Source of the DNA: Eledone cirrhosa
Taxonomy: Eukaryota
Direction: 5' to 3'
Length of the DNA: 64,000 nt
Assembly: GCA_964016885.1 (NCBI GenBank)
Contig: CAXHJY010001125.1
Location: 186,001 to 250,000 of the forward strand
Positions 40,000-53,090 of this stretch are shown piece after piece. Positions within the stretch are counted from its first letter, which is position 1, and each line of letters starts with the position of its first letter. A program made the translations under genes and the position numbers. The notes below the pieces were generated by a model. It was not told the DNA's origin and did not search any database. It was given only the letters and a program-made list of their open reading frames with translations.

Positions 40000-40470
40000 G
40001 TGGCAGCAGCACTAGAGACTTGCCATGTTCCCAGCCAGATTGAAGGGGTATTCTCTACCCTACATTGTCAACCACTTTACAGAGTGTACTGAGTGTATTT
40101 TACTGTGGCAGAAGCACTAGAGAGTTGCCATGTTCCCAGCCTGGCCAAACAGTCCTCGCTACTCTATATTGTCTGTCAACTACTTTACAGAGTGTACTGA
40201 GTGTATTTTACTGTGGCAGAAGCACCAGAGAGTTGCCATGTTCCCAGCCTGGCCAAACAGTCCTCGCTACTCTATATTGTCTGTCAACTACTTCACAGAG
40301 TGTACTGAGTGTATTTTACTGTGGCAGCAGCACCAGAGAGTTGCCATGTTCCCAGCCTGGCCAAACAGTCCTCGCTACTCTATATTGTCTGTCAACTACT
40401 TTACAGAGTGTACTGGGTGTATTTTACTGTGGCAGCAGCACTAGAGAGTTTGCCATGTTCCCAGCCAGAC
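40000..40470. repeat. 108-bp tandem repeat, about 4 copies
   Basis: 36-aa periodic ORF; contains the SINE-like ctttacagagtgtactgggtg motif. Confidence 0.9.
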
Positions 40471-40551
40471 TGAAGGGCCCTCTCTACCCTATGTTGTGAC
40501 ATTATCAACAAGAAAACAAAGACAATAAAATAAGAACATTTATTTACTTAC

Positions 40552-40597
40552 ATCTTTGTTTTCCTCTTTGTTTCCATCATAATGTTTGATACAATAC
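40552..40597 (-). CDS. VPS39: VPS39 small exon: (Q)YCIKHYDGNKEENKD
   Basis: tttctag / GTAAGT; 46 nt; resembles 'YCHKHYDRNKDGNKD'. Confidence 0.95.
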
Positions 40598-40651
40598 CTA
40601 GAAAATAAAATACAACCAAAGATGAAGTTCTTTATTCAATACTGTTTAATA

Positions 40652-41560
40652 CAGACATGTCAAACTGAGGGTGCCCCAAGAACCACATGGGTCACATGTG
40701 TGTTGTCTGAGGGCTACATGGGTCACATGTGTTGTCTGAGGCCCACATGGGTCACATATGTGTTGTCTGAGGGCCACATGGGTCACATAAGTGTTGTCTG
40801 AGGCCCACATGGGTCACATATGTGTTGTCTGAGGGCCACATGGGTCACATATGTGTTGTCTGAGGGCCACATGGGTCACATAAGTGTTGTCTGAGGGCCA
40901 CAAGAGCCACATGGGTCACATAAGTGTTGTCTGAGGGCCACATGGGTCACATATGTGTTGTCTGGGGCCCACATGGGTCACATATGTGTTGTCTGAGGGC
41001 CACATATGTGTTGTCTGAGGGCCACATGGGTCACATAAGTGTTGTCTGAGGCCCACATGGGTCACATATGTGTTGTCTGAGGGCCACATGGGTCACATAT
41101 GTGTTGTCTGAGGGCCACATGGGTCACATAAGTGTTGTCTGAGGGCCACAAGAGCCACATGGGTCACATAAGTGTTGTCTGAGGGCCACATGGGTCACAT
41201 ATGTGTTGTCTGGGGCCCACATGGGTCACATATGTGTTGTCTGGGGCCCACATGGGTCACATATGTGTTGTCTGAGGGCCACATGGGTCACATATGTGTT
41301 GTCTGAGGGCCACATGGGTCACACACGTGTTGTCTGAGGGCCACATGGGTCACACACGTGTTGTCTGAGGGCCACATGGGTCACATATGTGTTGTCTGAG
41401 GGCCACACACGACAACTAACTGCGCACATTACAACTAATATTTTTTTTTATTTTATATTACGAAAATAAAAGATGCTCGCACTGTAAAAACCTTTGTGCC
41501 GGCCGCAGGTGTGTTGTAAGGGCCGGATGTGGCCCGCAGACCTTATGTTTGACATGTCTG
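40652..41560. mobile_element. hAT-type MITE with an internal 31-bp minisatellite (about 23 copies)
   Basis: TIRs CAGACATGTCAAAC / GTTTGACATGTCTG; 8-bp TSD gtttaata/gtttagta. Confidence 0.85.
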
Positions 41561-43201
41561 GTTTAGTACATAACCATTTCTCTTTAACATGATACTGAAA
41601 TAAAGTTTAGAGAGTCACTGAGCTGAGAATCAACATGCTAGAAATAGCAACCAAATATCCCTCAAATCATACTGTTATGTCTTAGAAAAGCACATGAAGT
41701 AATATATTGCCTTAGACATTGTGTGCCTAGGATGAGAAAGACAGGCTGGACAAGGGTCTGTTGGATCAGAGTTGACTTGGGAGGGGCTTTAAACAATGAC
41801 TTATAAAGAAATATCTTCTTTCACAAACATTTTCAATAACCTCACAATAAATACTGGGGTTGAGTTAAACCTTTTGCCATCATCATCATCGTTTAACGTC
41901 TATCTTCCACGCTAGCATGGGTTAGACGGGAGTTGTCCCACTTGAGGCAAGATTGGTCGGGTGACCGTGTCTCGCTCGTATAGGACTAGCTGGCAGGTTT
42001 TCTACGGCTGGATGCCCTTCCTAACACCAACCACATTTACAGTGTGGACTGGGAGCCTTTTTACCGCGTTTCCTACATGGCCACATTACAGTGTGGACTG
42101 GAAGCCTTTTTACCGTGTTACCTACACGACCACATTACAGTGTGGACTGGAAGCCTTTTTACCGTGTTTCCTACATGGCCACATTACAGCATGGACTGTG
42201 TTTTTTTTTTGTCGTGACACCTACACGACCTCATTAGTTTGGACTGGATCTTGTGGTACCAACATAACTTTATAGAGAAAGAGTAGTGTTGGCAGTAGGG
42301 GTAGTGGGTTGGGGTGAATTTTTGGTTTGGAGGGGTCTACTGACTGTAGGTTAACTGCACGTAAGGAAGGCGGGACACTCTAAAACTCTCCCTTGTTCTA
42401 TGATACAGAACTGCTTATTTTGTATTCATCTAAAAACCTTCCATCATAATTTTATGTAAAAACATTTAAGTTATTATCCAAATACCAACTTATAAAAATG
42501 AGAACTTCTGTTATAATCCTTCTCACAGGCAGTGTGTGTTTCTTTCGTTTTCCTTTCATTCTGGTAGCAGAGTTCTTTCCCCTGTTTGTGTTCTCTTCAT
42601 GGGAAATGAAAAACTTATTTAACCCTTTAGTATTTCCATTACTCTATATTTACTATTATATTTTAATGGTAAAGGCTTTATCTCACATAATATCGAATCT
42701 GTGAGTTGAGGGTTAGGAATTCTGGCCAGATACAGATGATGGTGATGATGATGGTGGTAATGATAACAAATGCAGATATAATTATTTCTATATTATTAAT
42801 AATTACTTCTTTTATAACGATAATTGATCGCTATAAATCATCATCATCAGTTAACATCCACTTTCCCTCCTTCTAAAAAAAAAAAAAGCCAAGGCCACTA
42901 ATTAGCTGTATAATCAATACATTATGACCCCACCCCCAACCTCTACATTTTACCATTGATCTTTTTTTGAGGGGGTCACATATTCTTCGGCTTATATTTC
43001 ACCATTGATTTTTTTTTTAGGTGGGAGTCATATTCTTCGGCTTGCAAGGGTGGGATGGGTCCTATTCAGCACAGCATCTCTCCACAGTCCTTCGTCATCT
43101 CCTCCGTGAGCTTCAGCAATCTGAGGTCGGCTCTCACCACCTCCGCCCGTGTTTTTATTCAAGTATATACGGTAAGTGAGATAAAATAAATCTATACTTA
43201 C

Positions 43202-43304
43202 TGTTCAGCCAAGTTATGATTGTTGAGAACGTGGACATAAATAGCAAGAGCTTGTTCATGTCGACCAAGTCGACCAAGTAATATTGCTCGCTCCTCATAG
43301 AAAT
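43202..43304 (-). CDS. VPS39: VPS39 exon: DFYEERAILLGRLGRHEQALAIYVHVLNNHNLAE
   Basis: tatttag / GTAAGT; 103 nt; EERA.LLGR.G.HEQAL.IYVH motif. Confidence 0.97.
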
Positions 43305-43509
43305 CTAAATAAATGGACAACAGAAATACATTAAAATACATTTAATAGAAGCACATACATTACCTTCATCTATAATAAACATATAGAAGTCACGCTATGG
43401 GTATTTTAAGCTGTGATCATGTCACAGCTACCTCAGTGGCTGAGTATATCAATGCTAAATACTAGTATTTCAGGATCTTGGTTTCTACAGCTGGATGCCC
43501 TTCCTAATG

Positions 43510-43858
43510 CCAACCATTTTACAGTGTGGACTGGGTACTTTTTGTCATGTCACCAACATGACCACTTTACAGTGTAGACTGTGTACTTTTTGTTGTGTCA
43601 CCAACACGACCACTTTACAGTGTAGACTGGGTACTTTTTGTTGTGTCACCAACACGACCACTTTACAGTGTGGACTGGGTTCTTTTTGTCGTGTCACCAA
43701 CATGACTACTTTACAGTGTAGACTGGGTACTTTTTGTTGTGTCACCAACACGACCACTTTACAGTGTAGACTGGGTACTTTTGTTGTGTCACCAACACAA
43801 CCACTTTACAGTGTAGACTGGGTACTTTTGTTGTGTCACCAACACGACCACTTTATAG
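43510..43858. repeat. 48-bp SINE-derived array, about 7 copies
   Basis: adjoins ctggatgcccttcctaa; same unit family as 10020-12630, opposite orientation. Confidence 0.9.
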
Positions 43859-44178
43859 TATTAAAGTTTTGTTATATTGAAGCTGCATACACACACACAC
43901 ACACACCATAACCATCTTAACAGCCTTGTAAGCTCCCAAGTAAAGCAATGCACTGGGGTTTCTACAGCATACATAGATTAGCATTGGACCCCTAAATATG
44001 GTGGGTCCCTGAGACATTGACATCCTCGTACACGCACACACACACACACACACATTGACACCCCCCACACATTGACACCTCCACACCCTCCACACACAGC
44101 GACCCCCCCCCCTTCTCACACTGGCACTCCCCCCACCCCCACCCCCCACACACACAATCAACCTAATTTGAAACTTAC

Positions 44179-44298
44179 CATCAAGAGGAAAGTAAGACAA
44201 AAGTCGTTCTGGTGTGTAATACTGTGAGCTTTCAAGGAAGGATATTAGTTTACCCTTATATTCTTGAAGTTCCTCAGAAGCTTTTTTATATTCTAGGG
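44179..44298 (-). CDS. VPS39: VPS39 exon: SLEYKKASEELQEYKGKLISFLESSQYYTPERLLSYFPLD
   Basis: tttgcag / GTAAGT; 120 nt; resembles 'EYRQKLLMFLEISSYYDPGRL..FPFD'. Confidence 0.95.
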
Positions 44299-45052
44299 CT
44301 GCAAAGAAACGAAAGAAAAAGGCACAAGGAAATGTTTCAGTTATAAGAAAACCACAAAATATAATAATATTAGAATTATCTTAACCTCCATACTTCCTGA
44401 GATTCACCAACACTACACCTGATACCCCCCCCCCCCCTCCATACACACGCACACCTGTATATCATGACTCATACGCTGTTCACTTTCCTGACATTTCTAC
44501 ATTATTCTATGTACTATACATGCACCTTTGATGAGTTGTAGTGCACCTGAGCACTGTACACAATAATTTCATTATTATTATTACTAGTATTATTCTTGGA
44601 GTCTCAGTCATTGATGTTATTTAACTGGAAAGTTTGTTCAAATGAACATCAAGCCACTACCTGCAGCCTCAGATATTCAGGACGTATCAGAGGGTTGTTG
44701 CTGTTCCCAGCAAACATGCCTTATTATTATTATTATTATTGTTGTTAGATGAATATAAGAGAACAAGATAATAATTGTTGGATTTGGAAATAAAAGAAAA
44801 ATAACCAAGTCACAGATATAGCTGTCATCACCATCATCATCAGGGCACAGATAAAGCTATCATCATCATAGTTTTAATGTCTACCTTCCCTGCTAGCAAA
44901 GGTTGGATGGGTCTACATAGACGGAGTTAGAACAGAAATGAGGCTACTGACATACCTGACAGGTTGGGCAGGTATGTATCTCACATACAGTTCCACATTC
45001 TACCAAGGGTATCTTATTGTGTCACCTGCACTAAAGGGGTTGACATGTCTTT

Positions 45053-45762
45053 GGACACCTTCCCTACCATCAACCCCATCACACCAGGCCACCTTCCTTA
45101 TCCCATCACACCTGGACACCTTCCCTACCATCAACCCCATCACACCTGGCCACCTTCCTTATCCCATCACACCTGGACACCTTCCCTACCATCAACCCCA
45201 TCACACCTGGCCACCTTCCTTATCCCATCACACCTGGACACCTTCCCTACCATCAACCCCATCACACCTGGCCACCTTCCTTATCCCATCACACCTGGAC
45301 ACCTTCCCTACCATCAACCCCATCACACCTGGCCACCTTCCTTATCCCATCACACCTGGACACCTTCCCTACCATCAACCCCATCACACCTGGCCACCTT
45401 CCTTATCCCATCACACCTGGACACCTTCCCTACCATCAACCCCATCACACCTGGCCACCTTCCTTATCCCATCACACCTGGACACCTTCCCTACCATCAA
45501 CCCCATCACACCTGGCCACCTTCCTTATCCCATCACACCTGGACACCTTCCCTACCATCAACCCCATCACACCTGGACACCTTCCCAACCATCAACCCCA
45601 TCACACCTGGCCACCTTCCCTACCATCAACCCCATCACACCTGGCCACCTTCCTTATCCCATCACACCTGGACACCTTCCCTACCATCAACCCCATCACA
45701 CCTGGACACCTTCCCAACCCCATCACACCAGGACACCTTCCCAACCCCATCACACCTGGACA
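45053..45762. repeat. 61-bp composite (34+27) minisatellite, about 11 copies
   Basis: unit ggacaccttccctaccatcaaccccatcacacctggccaccttccttatcccatcacacct. Confidence 0.95.
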
Positions 45763-45833
45763 CACCAGATGTTAACAAAACTAATCAGTCTTCCTGTTCA
45801 GAATGTGAGAAAAATACTTGAGTGAAAACTTAC

Positions 45834-45951
45834 AATCAGAATTTAAAGAAGTCCTCATGTGGATTATATCTTGAGACTTTTCTCTGTATAAATTCACCAA
45901 CAAGTTGTGGAAATCTGTGTTTGTTTCATTCCAATGTTCCACAATATGTTC
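45834..45951 (-). CDS. VPS39: VPS39 exon: EHIVEHWNETNTDFHNLLVNLYREKSQDIIHMRTSLNSD
   Basis: ctcccag / GTAAGT; 118 nt; EHI..W.E....FHN.L motif. Confidence 0.95.
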
Positions 45952-46871
45952 CTGGGAGGAGAAATATAAATAGGACCTCAATAAAAGACAAACATATATT
46001 ATCAGTCAGAAGATATCATTATAACACATGATGTGACAACCACATTGTGTTAGACTTGTTTGGGAAGTGGTAATTTGAACATTATGTACTTCGGTATCTT
46101 CCTCCCTACCTATTTCTCTTACAGTGTTGACAAGACATATTCACCTTCTAGGTGATCAGTAGTTTAATGGCAGCTATCTATATCTATAGCTCTCTAACTT
46201 CAGAGAATAAAAACAACATTCATATATCTACCAGTCTATCTACATACATATCTGTCTATCTACTTGTCTATATCAATCTACATACATATCTGTCTATCTA
46301 CTTGTCTATATCAATCTCCCTACCTGTCTATCTATAGCTATCTATTAATGTATATTTACCAATGAATCTATCTTTGAACAAGAACAATAATAACAACAAA
46401 GACAGACGTTAGATAGCTACATAGATAGAACAAAGTCATTTAATTCAGTGGATATATGTTTGATAATTATTAAGGAAAACATGGAAGAAAATTATTGTAA
46501 TTGATCTAAATGAATGTAAAATGAAACGCAGCAATGGCCAGAGTGACAAGAGAAAGAAAGTCACGGATAATGGAAGATTCAAGCATCCTTTCATAGAATG
46601 ATGTATTCAAGGAATTATTAAATTTTTTTTTTACTATGAACCCCATCATTTTTTATGGGTACTATGTTAGTTGATTTATATAATTGTTTCTATTTTTGGC
46701 ACAAGGCCAGCAATTATCCCAGTGTATTACTGGTACTTCAGTTTATCGACCCCCGTAAGGATGAAAGGCCAAGTTGATTTATATAATAATGGCATAAAGG
46801 TACACATGATCAGTACATATATATTTCTAAAGAAACAAAATGTAATTTACACAACAATTAACAGTACTTAC

Positions 46872-46973
46872 TAAATACAAAATGGTAGTTGTGCTGTTAA
46901 AATTGGTTGATAAGAATTCCAACACTTTATCTCTGGGCAAAGACTCAACTTCAGGCATATCTTCTGTAAATAT
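46872..46973 (-). CDS. VPS39: VPS39 exon: IFTEDMPEVESLPRDKVLEFLSTNFNSTTTILYL
   Basis: gttttag / GTAAGT; 102 nt; resembles 'IFTEDLPEVESLPRDRVL'. Confidence 0.96.
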
Positions 46974-47059
46974 CTAAAACAGAAAAAAAAAAATCAACTA
47001 ATAAACTTTTCTGAATCTATAATATTATTCTCCTTGTAATGTTTTTGATTATTATGTTT

Positions 47060-47445
47060 ATCAAATACAAGCAGCCGAAATGGGGTTCCTCCAAAAGGTC
47101 TTTGGAGTGATGTTACACGATAAAGTGCGTAACTCAGAGATCAGTGAGTCACTCCAACTCCAGGTAGATCCGTTATTTTTCCGAATTGAGAGATCACAGC
47201 TCCGATATTATGGAGGGCATGTGGTTAGAATGTCTCAGGAAAGAACTGCTGGACGGACTTTACGGGCAAAACCAGCCGGAAGGAGACCCTGAGCAAGATG
47301 GCTGGATAACATCCATGAGCTTGGTTGGTCATGCTTGGGGATCCAGCTGGATCAGTTGGAGATGTTTGCTTCTGACAGGACCTGTTGGAGGGAGTGTTTG
47401 AGGGCTCTGCTCCTCTCAGGAATAAGTGGGCGAAGAAGGAAGATG
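47060..47445 (+). mobile_element. RTE-type LINE 3' end (degenerate)
   Basis: AAEMGFLQK...HDKVRNSEI...IERSQLRYYGGHVVRM...GRRP, typical of the RTE ORF C-terminus. Confidence 0.85.
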
Positions 47446-47675
47446 TTTATTAAAACATCTTTAACTAGAGAACAAAATTATAGACATAAGATTTTTAATC
47501 TAAAAAAGTTTGAATGTTAGATATTTAATAGCTTTACATATTCAATGAAATTGAAGACATACCACATTCACTCACAAAAATACGACTTGAAAATCAGCAG
47601 CTGATATAACTACTAGACTGATTAAACCACAATTTAAAATATGGCAGAAAATAGGGTTGAGAGGACTGTTCAGTT

Positions 47676-48610
47676 ATAATAATAATAATAATGAAATTAT
47701 TGTGTACAGTGCTCAGGTGCACTACAACTCATCAAAGGTGCATGTATAGTACATAATGTACAAATGTCAGGGAAGTGAACAGTGTATGAGTCATGATATA
47801 CATGTGTGCGTGTGTATGGAGGGGGAATATTAGGTGTAGTGTTGGCGAATATCAGGAAGCATGGAGGTTTTAAAGGATGCAGGTAGTTTGTTCCATGGAG
47901 GTTTTAAAGGATGCAGTGTCTCGACAGCTAACATCTAATGCAGGGAGTTTGTTCCATGGAGGTTTTAAAGGATGCAGTGTCTTGACAGCTAACAACTGAT
48001 GCAGGTAGTTTGTTCCATGGAGGTTTTAAAGGATGCAGTGTCTCGACAGCTAACATCTAATGCAGGGAGTTTGTTCCATGGAGGTTTTAAAGGATGCAGT
48101 GTCTCGACAGCTAACAACTGATGCAGGTAGTTTGTTCCATGGAGGTTTTAAAGGATGCAGTGTCTCGACAGCTAACAACTGATGCAGTGAGTTTGTTCCA
48201 TGGAGGTTTTAAAGAATGCAGTGTCTCGACAGCTAACAACTGATGCAGTGAGTTTGTTCCATGGAGGTTTTAAAGGATGCAGTGTCTCGACAGCTAACAA
48301 CTGATGCAGGTAGTTTGTTCCATGGAGGTTTTAAAGGATGCAGTGTCTCGACAGCTAACAACTGATGCAGGTAGTTTGTTCCATGGAGCTTTTAAAGGAT
48401 TCAGTGTCTCGACAGCTAACAACTGATGCAGGTAGTTTGTTCCATGGAGGTTTTAAAGAATGCAGTGTCTCGACAGCTAACAACTGATGCAGGTAGTTTG
48501 TTCCATGCTTCAGCAACTCTGAGCGTGAAAAAATGTTTCCGAAAGAGTCGTGGGAGCTGTGCTGTTTTCTGATTTTGTTGGCATGCCCACGTGTGTTAGA
48601 CACATGGAAA
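47676..48610 (-). mobile_element. CR1-type LINE 3' end with an internal 61-bp tandem array (about 10 copies) and (ATT)n tail; short + strand copy at about 44384-44583
   Basis: TRGH..K...FF..RV...WNKLP..VV C-terminal motif (across frames) on the minus strand. Confidence 0.85.
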
Positions 48611-48849
48611 TCAAAAAGGTACTCAGGGTTGTTGTTGGCAAGATTAATAATTATGCCAAGACTACGACAACCTCTCTACTGTTGGTGAGCTATATGGTCA
48701 ACAATCACCCAATACACTCTGTAAAGTGGTTGATGATAGGAATGGCATCCAGCCATAGGAAATCTGCCAAATAAAGAGTTACGGTAGGACAGTTGTTGAG
48801 CTGTGTTGAAGATATGACAACCTCTCTAGTGCTAGTGTCTTAATATAAG

Positions 48850-49315
48850 TAAGGAGTGCAGGACTGCGTACAGTTTATAATTTTTTATCCCATTAGTAAA
48901 ATAAGTTGGATTACTTTGACTAAATAATAAATGAATATTACATAATTTATCTACTAAATTTTGTGTCTGTTGATTAAATATATTTTATTGTTTATTTAAA
49001 GATTCATTTCTTTAAAATTTTCAAATGTCAACACTTCTGGTTAGCAATCGCTTAAATAAACATACGTATATTTCCGTCACTAATTTTCTCCTAATGCAGT
49101 TTATATATAATATCGTCTTTTTTTAATGTATCATGGATTACGTTACTGATTACATAAGAGAATGTCACACAGTCTTCGTTCAATTTCTGTTTATATTGTC
49201 AATTACGATTTTATTTGATGTATCATATCTACATGTATATATACTTGTGTATAATATCAATATACACACTACACATGCTAGCAGAAAACCACCCGAAGGG
49301 TGGTTTTTCTGCTAG
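48850..49315 (+). mobile_element. Non-autonomous element ending in hairpin + CTAG (Helitron-like); second copy at about 49925-50401
   Basis: ctagcagaaaaccacccNaagggtggtttNtctgctag at both ends, with shared upstream sequence. Confidence 0.55.
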
Positions 49316-49402
49316 TTATGTTAATATCAAGAAACTTGCTGACAGAGAAAACTAACATAAAACATTGTTGAATATTTCTCCATAACAATGAGCAACACTT
49401 AC

Positions 49403-49476
49403 AGAGAGTCCTTCTGTGGGATCTTTCTGTAACACCCCAGCCGAATATTCAAATATCAAATCAATATGAGCTGGAC
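49403..49476 (-). CDS. VPS39: VPS39 exon: GPAHIDLIFEYSAGVLQKDPTEGLS
   Basis: ttttcag / GTAAGT; 74 nt; phases consistent. Confidence 0.94.
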
Positions 49477-49781
49477 CTGAAAAGATAATTTCAAACATTA
49501 TTTAATCTGTGTTATCATTCATAACTCTAATAATTCTAGATACAGTGAGGAATTCATTTTAAATTGATCCCAGTGTGTTACTGGTAATTTATTTTTTTCC
49601 GCCAATGAAATAATATAACTAAGAAAAACCATGATTTTTTATGTGATTTGGTGAAAGGTTTATTGCTACAACAGAAAATATATTAAAGGCTAACTATGAC
49701 TAGTTTAAAGCACCACTTATTCTTGAGAGGGTCATGGGTGCTGAGTAGAAAAATTGTAAAGAAAATTGTAAAGAAACAAAC

Positions 49782-49871
49782 CTAAATGCTGGAGGTATTC
49801 TACTATCCCTTCTTGACCACTGTGAAGGGAAGAAGCAGGTCGACAGGCTTGTTGCATCAATAGGGATAAAG
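49782..49871 (-). CDS. VPS39: VPS39 exon: ALSLLMQQACRPASSLHSGQEGIVEYLQHL
   Basis: tttacag / GTTTGT; 90 nt; YLQHLG motif across the junction. Confidence 0.94.
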
Positions 49872-50559
49872 CTGTAAATAATAAAATGTATTGTGATCAT
49901 GGTAAATAGTCATAATGTAATAAAGGGAGGAGTGTGGGACTGTGTCCTGAATATATTTTTTTTTATCCCATTACTTTGGATAAATAATTGTTTCTACTTT
50001 TGGCACAAGGCCAGCAATTACCCAGTGCATTACTGGTACTTTATTTTATCGACCCCGTAAGGATGAATGAAAGGCAAAGTTAACCTCGGCGAGATTTGAA
50101 CTCAGAATGGCAAGGGCCGTAACTCTATGCGTCAAAGCATGGCGTCCGACCCTCTACTGATACTGCCAATCCACCGCCAATATTCTTATATATAATGATT
50201 GCTTATTTTAAGATTCACTTCTTTTAAAATGCTCAAATGTCGATACTTCCAGTTATGATATAATGGACTTTATATTATATCGCTTCTAGACACGTTCATA
50301 TATTTGCATCGTTATATCGTAACGTTTATATTACATATAATATCAATATGTACACTTCACATGCTAGCAGAAAACCACCCAAAGGGTGGTTTATCTGCTA
50401 GTGATTTCTAATGTAGATACACTTGGGTGGGGGGGAAAGGTGAACAACATGAATCCCCAGCACATGACTGGTACTTTAATTCAAAATGAATGCGGTGCAC
50501 CAGCATGGCCACAATCTAATAATTGAAACTAATAAAACCACCATAACTAAAACACATAC

Positions 50560-50701
50560 CTTTTTGATGTAGTTCTTTTTTTCTATACAAAATTATTAAT
50601 TCACTAAACTTTTCTTTGCTCCTCAGAACACGTTCACTTTCTTCAATATGGCATTGGTTGTCCACTCTTCGGAGGAACGGTGCCATCAAAGCATCGTTTG
50701 T
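50560..50701 (-). CDS. VPS39: VPS39 exon: TNDALMAPFLRRVDNQCHIEESERVLRSKEKFSELIILYRKKELHQK
   Basis: tttgcag / GTATGT; 142 nt; CHIEESE...SELIILY motif. Confidence 0.96.
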
Positions 50702-51079
50702 CTGCAAATGGATATGAAGAAGTTGATATAAGTAGAATCCAGTTGTAACTAAAGAAAACATTATGTTACAGACATGGCTGTATGATTTAAGAAGTCTACT
50801 TCTCAACAATAGAGTCTTTGATTCAAGCATCAAGTTTGGCACTTTAGGCCAACTAATATAAAGCTTTAGGCCAGCCAATTCTTGGGAGTGAATTTGGTTG
50901 ATGGAGACTATAAAGAAGCCCATGGTGTGTTTATATATATATACACATATATATGGTATGGTGAATATACATTATATATATATATATATACATTATATAT
51001 ATATATATAGGCAGGGTTGTAGAAAAATACCAGGGCATATATGTATATAAATATATATATATATATATATATGAATATC

Positions 51080-51600
51080 ATTTTATGTCTACTTTTCCAT
51101 ACTTGCATGGGTTTGCTAGGTCTTTTCCAGCACAGCGTCTCTCCACTCGTTGTGATCTCTTCCTCGAGCTTCAGCAATTTCAGATCAGCTCTCACCACTT
51201 CCGCCTAGGTCTTCCTCTACTGTGGCTTCCCTCCAAAGGGATTTCTTGGCACTTTTTCACCTACCGATCATCATCCATGTGCATCACATGTCAATACCAG
51301 TGCAGTCTTCGCTCCTGCACACAACATTTGATTCCTCTTATATCCAGCTTCTCTCTCAGTTCACCCATTGAAGCATCCAAAATTCATTTCTCTCCAGCCA
51401 TTACATATCCCCTGCATTCACTGCCCATGTCTAACTACCATGCAACATTGCACATTGCACACAGGCATCATACAGCCAGTCTCTCAATTGTAAAGAGAAA
51501 ACCTTTGTCATCAACAAGGGTAGCAGCTCCTTGAACATTCTCCATCCTATTCTAATTCTGGCTACTATGGCTCTCAGAGTACTTTGTACTTCAGTGTAGC
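51080..51600 (-). mobile_element. RTE-type LINE 3' fragment
   Basis: minus strand LRWYxHVMHM...RRGRPRRKW motifs; homologous to 55950-56335. Confidence 0.75.
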
Positions 51601-52249
51601 CATCCTAAGCTACCCAATATCCAGTTACCAGCTAGGATAAGGAGCTTCCTGTCGTCTATAACTGTCCTCTTCTTTATTAAGTCCTGATTCTAGTACATAG
51701 GTGAAGGTAAGTACTGTTAGAGTATTATCTATGACTATTCAGACCGTGATAATTCTATCAGTCTGCCTTACATTTAATAGAATGCCTACTCCACCTACCA
51801 TATCCTCATTTCCTACCCAGAAAACCATACATCTGTTCCGTATTCCTGTGAGCAGTCATGCTGAGGCATCCATTCCTCTATCTCACCTCTTCAACAGAAC
51901 ACACATCCATTCATCTCCTCGCGAGCATCTCTACAATTTCCCTAGATCGACCTTTCAGTGTGCTCCCATCACCCACCTCATCCCACCCCACACATTAAGA
52001 ATGGCAGCCCTCGGATGTTACCTGACCGTTGTCATTGGGTTGTCCTGGGGCAGTATCATTTTGTATCTGAAATAGAAAGCGGTTGTGCAATTGCTTGATG
52101 ACGAGAGGCTGTCACATGTGGCTAAGTTAGCCACCTCACTACCGTGCGCAGCACAAACATTACTGGTGTTAGTCATGTATACACAACAAGTGTGAATGTT
52201 ATATATTGTGATTTATATAGATTTCTTTTCTGATTGGATGCCCTTTCTA

Positions 52250-53090
52250 TATACCAACACTTCACAGCATGGCCTGGGTGTATAATGTACTAACCACTTC
52301 ACAGCATGGCCTGGGTGTATAATGTACTAACCACTTCACAGCATGGCCTGGGTGTATTATACACTTCACAGTATGGACTGGGTATATTATATACCAACCA
52401 CTTCACAGCATGGCCTGGGTGTATTATGTACCAACCACTTCACAGCATGGCCTGGGTGTATTATGTACCAACCACTTCACAGCATAGCCTGGGTGTATTA
52501 TGTACCAACACTTCACAGCATAGCCTGGGTGTATTATATACCAACCACTTCACAGCATATCCTGGGTGTATTATGTACCAACCACTTGACAGTATGGACT
52601 GGGTATATTATATACCAACCACTTCACAGCATAGCCTGGGTGTATTATGTACCAACACTTCACAGCATGGCCTGGGTGTATTATATACCAACACTTCACA
52701 GTATGGACTGGGTGCATTATATACCAACACTTCACAGCATAGCCTGGGTGTATTATATACCAACACTTCACAGCATAGCCTGGGTATATTATGTACCAAC
52801 ACTTCACAGCATGGCCTGGGTGTATTATGTACCAACACTTCACAGCATGGCCTGGGTGTATTATATACCAACACTTCACAGCATAGCCTGGGTGTATTAT
52901 ATACCAACACTTCACAGCATGGCCTGGGTGTATTATGTACCAACACTTCACAGCATGGACTGGGTGTATTATATACCAACACTTCACAGTATGGACTGGG
53001 TACATTATATACCAACCACTTCACAGTATGGACTGGGTATATTATATACCAACACTTCACAGTATGGACTGGTTGTATTATATTTTGCAC
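52250..53090. repeat. 36-37-bp minisatellite, about 23 copies
   Basis: unit acttcacagcatggcctgggtgtattatgtaccaac. Confidence 0.95.
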
